From a virus (Duplodnaviria > Caudoviricetes): a stretch of DNA of 64,000 bases. Under the pieces are notes generated by a model. The model had not been told where the DNA came from. It did not search any database and saw only the letters and a program-made list of their open reading frames with translations. Location of the stretch: positions 32,001-96,000 of IMG/VR virus record IMGVR_UViG_3300028886_000035. One strand, written 5' to 3'. A program made the translations under genes and the position numbers. Shown in pieces: positions 20,276 through 29,726 of this stretch (the stretch's first letter is position 1; the number at the start of each line of letters is the position of its first letter).

Positions 20276-21315
20276 TCCTTATTTAATATATTAATATTAT
20301 ATTTATTTTTCATATATTGATATAATTTTGTAACCATATGAAAACATATTTTCAAAACTTCACAATATCCATCTATAATACCATTATTCTGTATTTGTGA
20401 ATATAAACACCCTTGATTACAAAAATTATTCAAAATACATTTATTACATTTATCATTATATGTATTATTAATAGATTTTATATATGATATATTATCTTCA
20501 AAATATGTATCGTTATTACTGTCATACAATGGATATTGATGATTTGTATAAAATCTTGAACAAGGATAAATTATACCTTCAGGAGTTATACTAAATCCAC
20601 TACTACCTGCAAAACATATAAAATTTCTTTTTCCATTTAACAAATTTTGTAATATCTTTTCAACAAATCCTATATAAATCCATCTATTATAATTGTCATA
20701 ATTCATTACCATAAAATCATATAAATTGTTTACCTGATTTTTTAATTCATTTAAACTATTTTTGTCCCATATATTATCCTTGACAAAAGATACATCTATA
20801 TAAAAATTATCTATATCATTCTTCATAGCTAATTTATAAAAATAAACGATGTTTTTCATCATATTATAAACATTATGATTATCTATCATCATTTTTGGTT
20901 GCATTTCTACAATTTTATTTTTGTATAATTGTTCTATATATTTATGATTATTGTCATTACAACCATCACAACTAATTCCTATATGAATATTTCTTGTGTC
21001 AAATTCATTTTTAATTTTATCATTCAATAATATACCATTCGTTTGCATAAAACTATGCACTACATTTAAATTAGTTTTTAAGTACTCGTCAAATAATAAA
21101 ATATTTTCATATTCTAATAAAGGTTCTCCACCAAAATATGTTACATCATATTCTCCGTCAAAACTATCATCTATTTTTTTAGATAAATATTGTATATTTT
21201 TGATTTGTTTTTTTAATACATCAAATGTTAATTTTTTTGAATTTTGATTTATATAACAATACTCACATTTTAAATTACAAGCATTCGTCATATGAATTTG
21301 TATAACATGCTTCAT
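20272..21315 (-). CDS. Radical SAM/SPASM-domain protein
   Basis: CNLKCEYC, FGGEP, QTNG; CFAG...YPC...CNKCILNNFCNQGC. Confidence 0.9.
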   Translation of the reverse strand: MKHVIQIHMTNACNLKCEYCYINQNSKKLTFDVLKKQIKNIQYLSKKIDDSFDGEYDVTYFGGEPLLEYENILLFDEYLKTNLNVVHSFMQTNGILLNDKIKNEFDTRNIHIGISCDGCNDNNHKYIEQLYKNKIVEMQPKMMIDNHNVYNMMKNIVYFYKLAMKNDIDNFYIDVSFVKDNIWDKNSLNELKNQVNNLYDFMVMNYDNYNRWIYIGFVEKILQNLLNGKRNFICFAGSSGFSITPEGIIYPCSRFYTNHQYPLYDSNNDTYFEDNISYIKSINNTYNDKCNKCILNNFCNQGCLYSQIQNNGIIDGYCEVLKICFHMVTKLYQYMKNKYNINILNKE

Positions 21316-21327
21316 TTTTCTCTCCTA

Positions 21328-21362
21328 AAAAAAGAAGTATATGTATATTATACTTCTTTTTT
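21328..21362 (-). terminator. Rho-independent terminator
   Basis: AAAGAAGTATA-7nt-TATACTTCTTT. Confidence 0.7.
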
Positions 21363-21365
21363 TAC

Positions 21366-24098
21366 TTATTCTCCTTTTTCATTAATTACCATATCGTTCA
21401 TATACGTATTCCTATTTTTTATATTCAATGGATATTGATAAGAATATTTTGCCATATAACCATACCTATTATCATTTGGTATACCACTAATACTTGTTAT
21501 ATTTTTCATTTCATGATAAATGTTATCATATCCACCATAATATAATTTATTAAAATCACTTATTGAAAATACATACATATCTCTTTCTATTGTATCATAC
21601 AAATATGATTTACTTAATAATACACTAAATGATGTTAGTTGTTGTTGTGCATAACTATAAATATCATTAAAATGTATATCTGTTTCAATAATTTCTTGAC
21701 CTATTTGTTTCTTTAAAATAATATTTATAGTCGTTTTTATCAATTTACCTTTTAACCAATTTAAAATTACATATGTATTTTCGTCCATTTCATAAATTCT
21801 TGCTCTACACAAATCTTTATATACAAAATGCTCTCTTGTATCATCATTCCCATAAAAATCTTGTGGCTTTGCAGAATATAAGTTAATTCCACCATAATAT
21901 ATATTGCAATTTCTAAAAATTGCATAATCATCAATGTTTTTTGTTTTAAATGGTTTTGATACTTTGATAAAATATTTATTATTTAGACTTTCATATCCTA
22001 TCTGTGGTATTAAATTCAATCCATCGTCTATATAATGATAATTCAAATTAATATTGTCTATATCTATATCATATCTAGGATTTCCTTCAGAAATATTATC
22101 ATCATATATTAGAAAATCTTCTCTACAAGTTACATCTATATTCGCATTAAATTTAATATTTACATTCGTTGTTTTATTTTGAAATTTAACAATTACAGGA
22201 ATAGTAATTTTATAGAAAAACATTTGAGCAGAAAATTTTAAATTATAGTCAGTATAACCCATATCTTTATAATAATAATCTTTCGTCTTATACGAAGATG
22301 TAGTATTATTATACTTTAATTCATATTCTACTCCATCTTTTGTTATCGTAGGTAAATTTTGTATATAAGACATTAATTTTGATTTTAATTCTCCATATAT
22401 ATTCGTTATCATATCATTACAATTAATTACAGTCAATTCATAATTCTCTATAATTACTTTTTGAAAAATATTTCTACCATCAAAATTAATAAATTTAATT
22501 AGTAAATTATCTTTTTTATCAAAACAACAAATATCATGCTCTTTTACATAATTTATTGTATTTTGCGTTAATCTCACATTAAAATCATATTTTTCATAAT
22601 TAATTCCATCATATTGAATAATGTGTACACCAAATTCATCAAAATTAACAAAGAAAAAATATTTATCATTATATGTAATATAATCACAATCAAAATATTT
22701 TTCTTGACTTTCTGTAATTGGTAATTTTACTTTTTTAGGTACTGTAATCGTAGATGATGCTAAACTTGTTCCTACAGGAATAAAATTTAAATCATAATTT
22801 TTCTTATTTAAAGTAAAATATCCATCTAATGCATTTTCGTCTACTGTATTATCTACATAAGTAGAATCAAATTCAATATTAATTTTGTTTTTACTATATT
22901 TAACAATCTTATTACCTGTTTTACTTGTACTTAAAGCAAGTGAATTATCATGTTGTGGTGTAATCACAAAAGAAGTAAAAATATCATCACCACAAGATAA
23001 TAATATATTAAAAGAACAGGTATCTTTATGGATTATTTTTCTATCTTTATCTATAACTTTTGTTATAATACCTTTTCCTGTAAATTCAAATTTGTTTGGG
23101 TCTTTATTTGTTGCATGTTTTTTATATTTCTTCCTTAAATATTGAGTGGAAAATTTTTCTGCGTGAAACAAATAGTCACCAATCTTAATCTCAACAAATC
23201 CATTATACTTTTCTCTTTTATCAATTACCATTTCAAATACTTTACCATCATATTCAGGATTTACAATGTCTTTAGATGTATCATCAATAGTATTGTTAAT
23301 AACCCCAACAATTCCACCATAAATACCATATTCTTTATCTGTATCTTCATGCAAGTATGAAATTGTATTCAAAGAAAGAGAATTTGGATAGATTAACGTG
23401 GATAATATAATAGGTTTCGTGATTCCATTTGTTGTAATAATAACTGCTTTATATAAAACTGTCCTTGTTTCTTTTAATGTGGTATCAAATGAAAAATGTG
23501 TATAATAATATTGATGGTCTTTTATTTCCATTTGACCTAGATAACTCCATTTTATATCTCTAGTATCATAATGATTATTATAATCAGATTCTTCTGATAT
23601 ACGACTATGTTCATCTATTTCAGTTAATGGAGCTATATGATTATATAGTAAAACCTTATCTATTTGATATTCTGTTTCTAAATTCAATATTATATCTAAA
23701 TAAGAATAGTTTTCATGTAATCCATAAGTAGAAAAACTTCTTATTTTTATTTTATCTTCTACATTTGAATATACAATTTTAAAATAAAAATCATTCTTAA
23801 ATATTTTTCCACCTTCAAGAATTAATTCTACTGCATAATTGTAATTACCAAAACCTAACCAATTATCATCTTTAATTTCATATTTTGTACTTGAACGTTG
23901 ATTAATTTTATAATCGTTATATACTTCTCCGTTTTTATAAATAATGATATGATTAATTGGTGATTCCAAATGATTTACAGCAAAATTAAAAGCAAAATTA
24001 TATATATATTCTCTTGCAAAAAACACATCTTTAGTATCTTCTAATATATGTTCATATTTATTATCTGCAAATGAAAATACTATATCACGATTTATCAT
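21366..24098 (-). CDS. Large hypothetical protein (910 aa, beta-rich, Y/N/I/K-biased)
   Basis: Long intact ORF with GGTG RBS; no recognised motif. Confidence 0.7.
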   Translation of the reverse strand: MINRDIVFSFADNKYEHILEDTKDVFFAREYIYNFAFNFAVNHLESPINHIIIYKNGEVYNDYKINQRSSTKYEIKDDNWLGFGNYNYAVELILEGGKIFKNDFYFKIVYSNVEDKIKIRSFSTYGLHENYSYLDIILNLETEYQIDKVLLYNHIAPLTEIDEHSRISEESDYNNHYDTRDIKWSYLGQMEIKDHQYYYTHFSFDTTLKETRTVLYKAVIITTNGITKPIILSTLIYPNSLSLNTISYLHEDTDKEYGIYGGIVGVINNTIDDTSKDIVNPEYDGKVFEMVIDKREKYNGFVEIKIGDYLFHAEKFSTQYLRKKYKKHATNKDPNKFEFTGKGIITKVIDKDRKIIHKDTCSFNILLSCGDDIFTSFVITPQHDNSLALSTSKTGNKIVKYSKNKINIEFDSTYVDNTVDENALDGYFTLNKKNYDLNFIPVGTSLASSTITVPKKVKLPITESQEKYFDCDYITYNDKYFFFVNFDEFGVHIIQYDGINYEKYDFNVRLTQNTINYVKEHDICCFDKKDNLLIKFINFDGRNIFQKVIIENYELTVINCNDMITNIYGELKSKLMSYIQNLPTITKDGVEYELKYNNTTSSYKTKDYYYKDMGYTDYNLKFSAQMFFYKITIPVIVKFQNKTTNVNIKFNANIDVTCREDFLIYDDNISEGNPRYDIDIDNINLNYHYIDDGLNLIPQIGYESLNNKYFIKVSKPFKTKNIDDYAIFRNCNIYYGGINLYSAKPQDFYGNDDTREHFVYKDLCRARIYEMDENTYVILNWLKGKLIKTTINIILKKQIGQEIIETDIHFNDIYSYAQQQLTSFSVLLSKSYLYDTIERDMYVFSISDFNKLYYGGYDNIYHEMKNITSISGIPNDNRYGYMAKYSYQYPLNIKNRNTYMNDMVINEKGE

Positions 24099-24108
24099 TT
24101 CATCACCA

Positions 24109-24402
24109 TCATTCTGCTAAAAATAAATTTCCTGTTTTTATAGCCTTTGGTATTAAATCTCTTAATCCTTCCATACAATCTATCGCCAAATCATAATCTT
24201 TAAAATGCATCCTATCATTTTTTGATTTTTCCTCTGAATGATATTCGTTAATGATAAAATATTTTAAATCTTCAGGATTTAAATTTAATGTCATAGCTAA
24301 AGTTTTATTTGTATTAAATTGTATTTCCACTCCACCTACAAGACGATATGCAACTACATAGTATCCATATTCATCTTCTTCTACTTTAAAGTCTATAAGC
24401 AT
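24109..24402 (-). CDS. Hypothetical protein
   Basis: Probable start MLIDFK at 24402 after AGGAGG. Confidence 0.7.
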   Translation of the reverse strand: MLIDFKVEEDEYGYYVVAYRLVGGVEIQFNTNKTLAMTLNLNPEDLKYFIINEYHSEEKSKNDRMHFKDYDLAIDCMEGLRDLIPKAIKTGNLFLAE

Positions 24403-24532
24403 AATTATTCCTCCTTCTAAAAACATATACAAATGTGTACAAAAGTGTATTTTACGCACGTTTGAACACACTTGCGTATGCTTTTGGATGCTTAACGATT
24501 AGTCCTATGTAATATATCTCTAATTAATAAAT

Positions 24533-24564
24533 AAAAGGACGTACAATTTAATATACGTCCTTTT
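24533..24564 (-). terminator. Rho-independent terminator
   Basis: AAAAGGACGTA-10nt-TACGTCCTTTT. Confidence 0.75.
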
Positions 24565-24567
24565 AAC

Positions 24568-24801
24568 TTAATTTATATGTAATAACAACCATCGAAACAC
24601 AAAATCATCATTCAACAGATTTATTTGTTTATCTTGTAATTGAAATTGTCCATTAATCATTTTATTACAATAACAATTCCAAACCGGACCAGACATCATT
24701 ACTGATAAACGTGTATCTCCTTTATCAAAATAATGACCTAATGGGTCTTTAAAATATCTATATCCTAATTTTTTCATATGACCTATAATTTTTCCTGTCA
24801 T
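24568..24801 (-). CDS. Small hypothetical protein
   Basis: 77 aa, GGTG RBS. Confidence 0.6.
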   Translation of the reverse strand: MTGKIIGHMKKLGYRYFKDPLGHYFDKGDTRLSVMMSGPVWNCYCNKMINGQFQLQDKQINLLNDDFVFRWLLLHIN

Positions 24802-24805
24802 ATCA

Positions 24806-25348
24806 TCACCACAAATCTAATTCATCTGTGATTAACATTTTAATAAATGGAGTAATCATTTTTTTAGGGAACATAATATCTGTCTGCTTACGAATTTTTG
24901 CAGTAGCAGAATTATGTGAATCTCCATTCATACGACAACTATCATAAAAATCACATAAATGTAACATAATCGCATATAGATGAATATTATTTACATCCAG
25001 TCCGCTAGGATAACCGCTACCATCTAAATTTTCCATATGTTGTGATACAATATCTGCAATTCTATCATAATCGCCTAAATTACAAATAACTGCTTTTGAA
25101 AATAATGGATATACATTATCTAAAGAAACTATATCTTTCCCAATTTTAATTTCTTTATCAAAATTACATTTGCCAACTTCATGTAAAAATCCTGCAATAT
25201 ATAATGTTTCTCTATCCACACTATCTATATCAAACTTTTTTCCAAATTCATAGCACATCATAGCTACACGTTCAGAATGTTTATAGATTTCAGGATATTT
25301 TTGTTCCATTATATCTAAAAGTTTATTTACTTTTTCCATTCGCTTCAA
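24806..25348 (-). CDS. HD-GYP domain protein (degenerate cyclic-dinucleotide phosphodiesterase)
   Basis: HSERVA, LHEVGK (HD changed to HE), QHMENLDGSGYP, CDFYD. Confidence 0.8.
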   Translation of the reverse strand: MKRMEKVNKLLDIMEQKYPEIYKHSERVAMMCYEFGKKFDIDSVDRETLYIAGFLHEVGKCNFDKEIKIGKDIVSLDNVYPLFSKAVICNLGDYDRIADIVSQHMENLDGSGYPSGLDVNNIHLYAIMLHLCDFYDSCRMNGDSHNSATAKIRKQTDIMFPKKMITPFIKMLITDELDLW

Positions 25349-25480
25349 TGGAAATCACATCCTTCTAAATATTTAAATCGAATATAATTTTATTTAATTA
25401 ATAGATAAAAATATTTTTATAATCATCTATTAAAAAAATAATAATCTTGATTAAAATAATAACGATTTTCTATAATATTT

Positions 25481-26230
25481 ATGAAAATTTTTCAGAAAGG
25501 TAAAAATAGTATGGAAAAACAAATGGATATAGAATATACAGAATTAGATAGTTCATATAATACATTGGCAAAAGCTCTAGCTAATTTAATTAAACAACAT
25601 ACAAAAACACAAAAAAAAATTCAAGAAATAAAGCAACAATTAGAAGTTATATATAACAGGTTAGAAATTTATATTAAAAATGAATTTTATGATACATATT
25701 GTTATAAAAAACAAGTATTTATTTTAGATAAAGATAAAATCATATTCTATAAACAATCTGATATGGACAAAGCAAAAGAAGCATATGAGGATTATATAGA
25801 TGAAGAAGATGATTTTGACAAAGAATTTGAAGATATGTATAATTTAGATTTTATGGATATAGACCAAATCGAAGAAGAAGATAGTAATACATATCGCAAA
25901 ATGGTAGATTTTCTAAAAAAAGAATTAAAAAAACCTTTATATGAAAAAGATATAAACCCTAGACAAATTAAAACTATGAATAAAATCATTTCTTCTAGTT
26001 TACATATAAAAGAAAAATATAATTATGCACAACAAAAACTATCAGATTTAGAAGCAGATTATACAGATTGTTTAAATGAAATTCTTCAACAATTAACTGA
26101 AGATGAAAAATATAATTTTAATTATGATAAAGACGAATTAGTATCTGTAAGGGACGAGAAAACAATGACTTGGCATTTAATCTTTTATCCACGAGCTAAC
26201 ACAGATACTTTAAATAAATTATTAAATTAA
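25481..26230 (+). CDS. Hypothetical coiled-coil/acidic protein, the only credible plus-strand gene
   Basis: 249 aa in a gap with no minus-strand ORF (probable start MEKQM at 25511); ends at a shared terminator. Confidence 0.75.
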   Translation: MKIFQKGKNSMEKQMDIEYTELDSSYNTLAKALANLIKQHTKTQKKIQEIKQQLEVIYNRLEIYIKNEFYDTYCYKKQVFILDKDKIIFYKQSDMDKAKEAYEDYIDEEDDFDKEFEDMYNLDFMDIDQIEEEDSNTYRKMVDFLKKELKKPLYEKDINPRQIKTMNKIISSSLHIKEKYNYAQQKLSDLEADYTDCLNEILQQLTEDEKYNFNYDKDELVSVRDEKTMTWHLIFYPRANTDTLNKLLN

Positions 26231-26262
26231 AAAGGCTTTAGGAAAATTCCTAAAGCCTTTTT
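26229..26262. terminator. Bidirectional terminator between convergent genes
   Basis: AAAAAGGCTTTAGGAA-AA-TTCCTAAAGCCTTTTT perfect inverted repeat. Confidence 0.88.
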
Positions 26263-26264
26263 AA

Positions 26265-27806
26265 TTATTCTTCTTTATCTCCTAAAGATAATACATTTTC
26301 AAATTGCTTTTGTAATTCATCGGCAGTTATAGAAACATATCCATTAACTGTTGGGAGAACACCTGCAAAATAGCAAGACATATAAACACCTGCTGCTTTA
26401 TCCGTTCCTCTAAGTGATTTTTTAACCGTATCTGTCAAAGATAAATCATTTATTTTGTTATTTTTATTATATCTCTTAAATAATTCTAATGAATTAAATG
26501 CTTCTACAACACCTGGAGCATACCATTTAATTTTATGACTCTTTAATCCATCAAAAATTCTATCAATAATATTTTCTATTTGTTCTGTTTTTTCTACTGC
26601 CTTTTGTTGCAATTCATCTGCTGAAGAAAATCCATTTTTTATAGCGAACATATATGCTTGAACATCCCTATCAAATTCTTTGTTCTTAAACATATCTACG
26701 ATAGTATTATACATTTTATTGTATTCGTCACTACCATTTTCGATTTCTTTGTCATTCTTTAATTCATTTAATAAGAATTGTTTTGTTGCATCGTTTACCT
26801 TAGCATTTATTTGATTTCGTTTCATACCATCAACAAAACCCCATATCTTAGAGACAGGGAAACACTCATCTATATTCTTAGGTATATCTGCAACGTATTT
26901 ACATTTTTCAACTAATGCTTCAAATTTCTTATCTGCCGTTTGATTTAAATATGGATTACCTTGCTTATCTCCATTCCCACCAAATACTTTTCTTAATACG
27001 CCTTGGAAATTACCATCACCAACTTTGGGAACATTGTTACGACTTACATTGAATCCACGTTCTTTTTGTAATTTATCTTCTTCAATATCTAAATCTTCTT
27101 TATATTGTGGGTCAACTTTTAATTGTAAACTCTGATTGTCTACTATTTTAACAGTTTCATTTGTAGGCTTTAAATGCTTATCATTGGTAGTTCCTTCGTT
27201 ATTCAGTTTTTGAAATGTATATACTTTTACATCACCATAAACAAAAATATCTTTATAATCATCTTGAATATCTAAATTACTACGATAATATTTTTTTTCT
27301 TCCCCTTTTTCATCAGTTGCCTTATCAACATATTGAATATGGAATCCAATACCTTTTTTCGGATTATTAACATCTAATGGAACTAAATTTTTCTCTACTA
27401 TTTCCCAATTACTCCATCTTTTATGTTTTGATAATACATTTTGTACTTGTTCTATGGTGTTTGCTGTTAATTGCGGTAAACTTTTAACTTGACTCAAAAA
27501 TGGTTGTATATCATCCATACCTAATAATTGTGGTAAATTTCTAATGTCTACTTTTTCTATAGAAATTGGTTTAGAAGCCAAATATGTACTTCCAAAGTTT
27601 CCAGATAATGGTGTAAATCCTCCTTGCGAGACAATTGTATTTAACGCAATATAATCAGTTACATCATTATCTCCTTGTATCATAGGCATTGTTGATGTTT
27701 CAGACCATCTTCCCAATCTTTGAATCATAGCTAACACAACATTTTTCTGACGTTTTGGAAACATTGTATTAAGTTGTTTTAAAACAATATTCATACACTT
27801 ACACAA
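26265..27806 (-). CDS. Hypothetical protein (513 aa)
   Basis: Long intact ORF; no recognised motif. Confidence 0.7.
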   Translation of the reverse strand: MCKCMNIVLKQLNTMFPKRQKNVVLAMIQRLGRWSETSTMPMIQGDNDVTDYIALNTIVSQGGFTPLSGNFGSTYLASKPISIEKVDIRNLPQLLGMDDIQPFLSQVKSLPQLTANTIEQVQNVLSKHKRWSNWEIVEKNLVPLDVNNPKKGIGFHIQYVDKATDEKGEEKKYYRSNLDIQDDYKDIFVYGDVKVYTFQKLNNEGTTNDKHLKPTNETVKIVDNQSLQLKVDPQYKEDLDIEEDKLQKERGFNVSRNNVPKVGDGNFQGVLRKVFGGNGDKQGNPYLNQTADKKFEALVEKCKYVADIPKNIDECFPVSKIWGFVDGMKRNQINAKVNDATKQFLLNELKNDKEIENGSDEYNKMYNTIVDMFKNKEFDRDVQAYMFAIKNGFSSADELQQKAVEKTEQIENIIDRIFDGLKSHKIKWYAPGVVEAFNSLELFKRYNKNNKINDLSLTDTVKKSLRGTDKAAGVYMSCYFAGVLPTVNGYVSITADELQKQFENVLSLGDKEE

Positions 27807-27884
27807 CCTTTTTATATATAAAATGATATTTTTTCTATTTGTTCTAAATAAAAAATACGATAATACGTTTAAAACATTACCATA

Positions 27885-28191
27885 AAATAAAATCGTAGTA
27901 AATAGGGGTATACGAAATCCCTGACGATTTCAGGCGTTACTGTACACCAAATTATTTCAAGCACATCAATTCGTTTCTCTTGGCAAGCCAAGTATCACAA
28001 CTCCTATCAACAGTTGCGTCTATTTTATATCCCAAACTAGGTTGGAGAGCAACAATCTCTTGGAAGTTGTTCTCTCCTAGTTGGAGGTTTTTGTTTATGC
28101 TAATTTTTTGGTTTTTCTTTTCTTGGGTTTGATGTATTTGTCTATATAGCCTTGTCCCTTACGAGCAAATCACAAAACACTCTCCTTTTTT
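27885..28191 (-). ncRNA. Candidate structured non-coding RNA
   Basis: GC-enriched, four hairpins and a possible pseudoknot, extended -10 promoter directly upstream, no ORF of 60 aa or more. Confidence 0.5.
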
Positions 28192-28197
28192 TCTTTC

Positions 28198-28206
28198 ATT
28201 ATATCA
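28198..28206 (-). promoter_or_regulatory. Extended -10 promoter (TGATATAAT)
   Basis: TGnTATAAT just downstream of the terminator at 28228-28251. Confidence 0.5.
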
Positions 28207-28227
28207 AACAAAACTTCAACAAAAACG

Positions 28228-28251
28228 AAAAACCACCAGAAGGTGGCTTTT
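28228..28251 (-). terminator. Rho-independent terminator
   Basis: AAAACCACC-AGAA-GGTGGCTTTT directly after the nucleotidyltransferase stop. Confidence 0.65.
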
Positions 28252-28252
28252 G

Positions 28253-29278
28253 TTAGAAAATAGATTTAATATTTTTTGCCATAGTATTCATAAAGAAATT
28301 ATTAATCTCCGTATAATTCGGTTCGTCTGGCAACGTGCTTTCTTTATAAGCACTTTTAAATTCTTTTTCTAATTCTTTCTGCAAAGCAAAAATTTCTTTA
28401 AAAGATTTCTCACCATTACGAATAGACATAAGTAACTCGTGTTCTGGTCGATAAGTTACAACCTCATGTTTTTTGAGAATGTCAATTCCCATAAGGTACA
28501 GCCTAATCAAGTGCATAGCGTGTTTTAAAAGATGTGGCTCATCTTTTTTACTATTACGCTTGTTTAATTTGCCATAGTTGCGTAACATATTGTTCATGCC
28601 AGCATTAATTCGTAAAAAATCTCTTAAAGGAATATGAGCAAGATTTATATCCAAGAAGATTTCTGTATCTAAATCTTCTTTTTTACTTTCATCGACAAAT
28701 AGATGGAGCTTATTATCTTCGCCATATCCTTTAAACAAATCTTTTGCCATAAACATTTCTGCTTCTAAAGATTTAAGAATATGTTTTTCTTTTTCAGCTT
28801 GTGGATATGAATCCCGTGCAAGCGCATTTTCAAGCCGTCTAAGTTGAGCCGTAGCATAGCCACCAAAAGTAGCATATGCCTTTTTAGAAAGAAATAACTC
28901 AAAATTATCCCTAAGATATTTAGAAGTTTCTGTTTGGAGAATAACATCTTCTTCTCTTGTACCTAACATTTCAATAACATTAGGATTACAATTCATCAAA
29001 AGAGAAAGAAACTTTTTTAAAGAATAAACAACAGTATCCGTTTCTTTGTTTTCAACTTCTTCTTTCTTTTCTTCTTTCAAAGAAAGAATGTCATCTGGTT
29101 TATTAAAATAAAAACCTCGAATATCTACATCGGAAGTTGGGGTGTTTGTACCATAAGCACGAGAACCTCCCAAAGTCAAATAACCGATATTGTTATTTAA
29201 ATTTTCATCCTCTCTTAGAAAACGATATTCTTTATGCTGAAATAAATCTTTATATTTCTTTTTAATTGTTTGCTCCAT
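28253..29278 (-). CDS. Pol-beta superfamily nucleotidyltransferase (RlaP/Nuc-transf type)
   Basis: GGSRAYGTNTPTSDVDIRG, NPNVIEML, KHAMHLIRL. Confidence 0.85.
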   Translation of the reverse strand: MEQTIKKKYKDLFQHKEYRFLREDENLNNNIGYLTLGGSRAYGTNTPTSDVDIRGFYFNKPDDILSLKEEKKEEVENKETDTVVYSLKKFLSLLMNCNPNVIEMLGTREEDVILQTETSKYLRDNFELFLSKKAYATFGGYATAQLRRLENALARDSYPQAEKEKHILKSLEAEMFMAKDLFKGYGEDNKLHLFVDESKKEDLDTEIFLDINLAHIPLRDFLRINAGMNNMLRNYGKLNKRNSKKDEPHLLKHAMHLIRLYLMGIDILKKHEVVTYRPEHELLMSIRNGEKSFKEIFALQKELEKEFKSAYKESTLPDEPNYTEINNFFMNTMAKNIKSIF

Positions 29279-29465
29279 AAATTAATCAAACTCCTTTCAA
29301 AAAAACAATTACGAAGCGTTGACAAGAATTTCAAATACATGAGATTATAAAGAATTATTAACAGAAAGAACTTCCAGATTCTCACTAGGAGTATTTTCAA
29401 TTTCCTCCATGTCTTTATTCAGAAAAAAAAATAGTATCTCCCGTTGCAACCGTGTTTATCCATTT

Positions 29466-29726
29466 TTAATCAAAATACACTCGTTCATAATTACGATATA
29501 ACTTGTTCAATTCATCATAATTATTACAGAAAATTTTTGGCTTATTTAATTCATATTCAAAATAATGTTCAATTTGTTTTTTCTCCCATGAAATATTATC
29601 ACCTTTCAAAGTAATATTTAATTCATGATTTGAATTAATACCTGTTAAATAATCAAATTCTTTTATTGATATATTCATTTTACCATCTAGCTGATTAATT
29701 GAACAAAAGAATATTTTATCTAGCAT
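29466..29726 (-). CDS. Small hypothetical protein
   Basis: 86 aa, overlaps the helicase stop. Confidence 0.55.
   Translation of the reverse strand: MLDKIFFCSINQLDGKMNISIKEFDYLTGINSNHELNITLKGDNISWEKKQIEHYFEYELNKPKIFCNNYDELNKLYRNYERVYFD

Noticed and set aside
27900-28190. tmRNA (reading frame ends ...KKLA*)
   Set aside because: No GGGG...TTCGA 5' end or T-arm/CCA 3' tRNA-like domain on either strand
29279-29465. Small gene between the nucleotidyltransferase and the 86-aa ORF
   Set aside because: Only broken frames around a poly-A run; may be a decayed gene but cannot be supported
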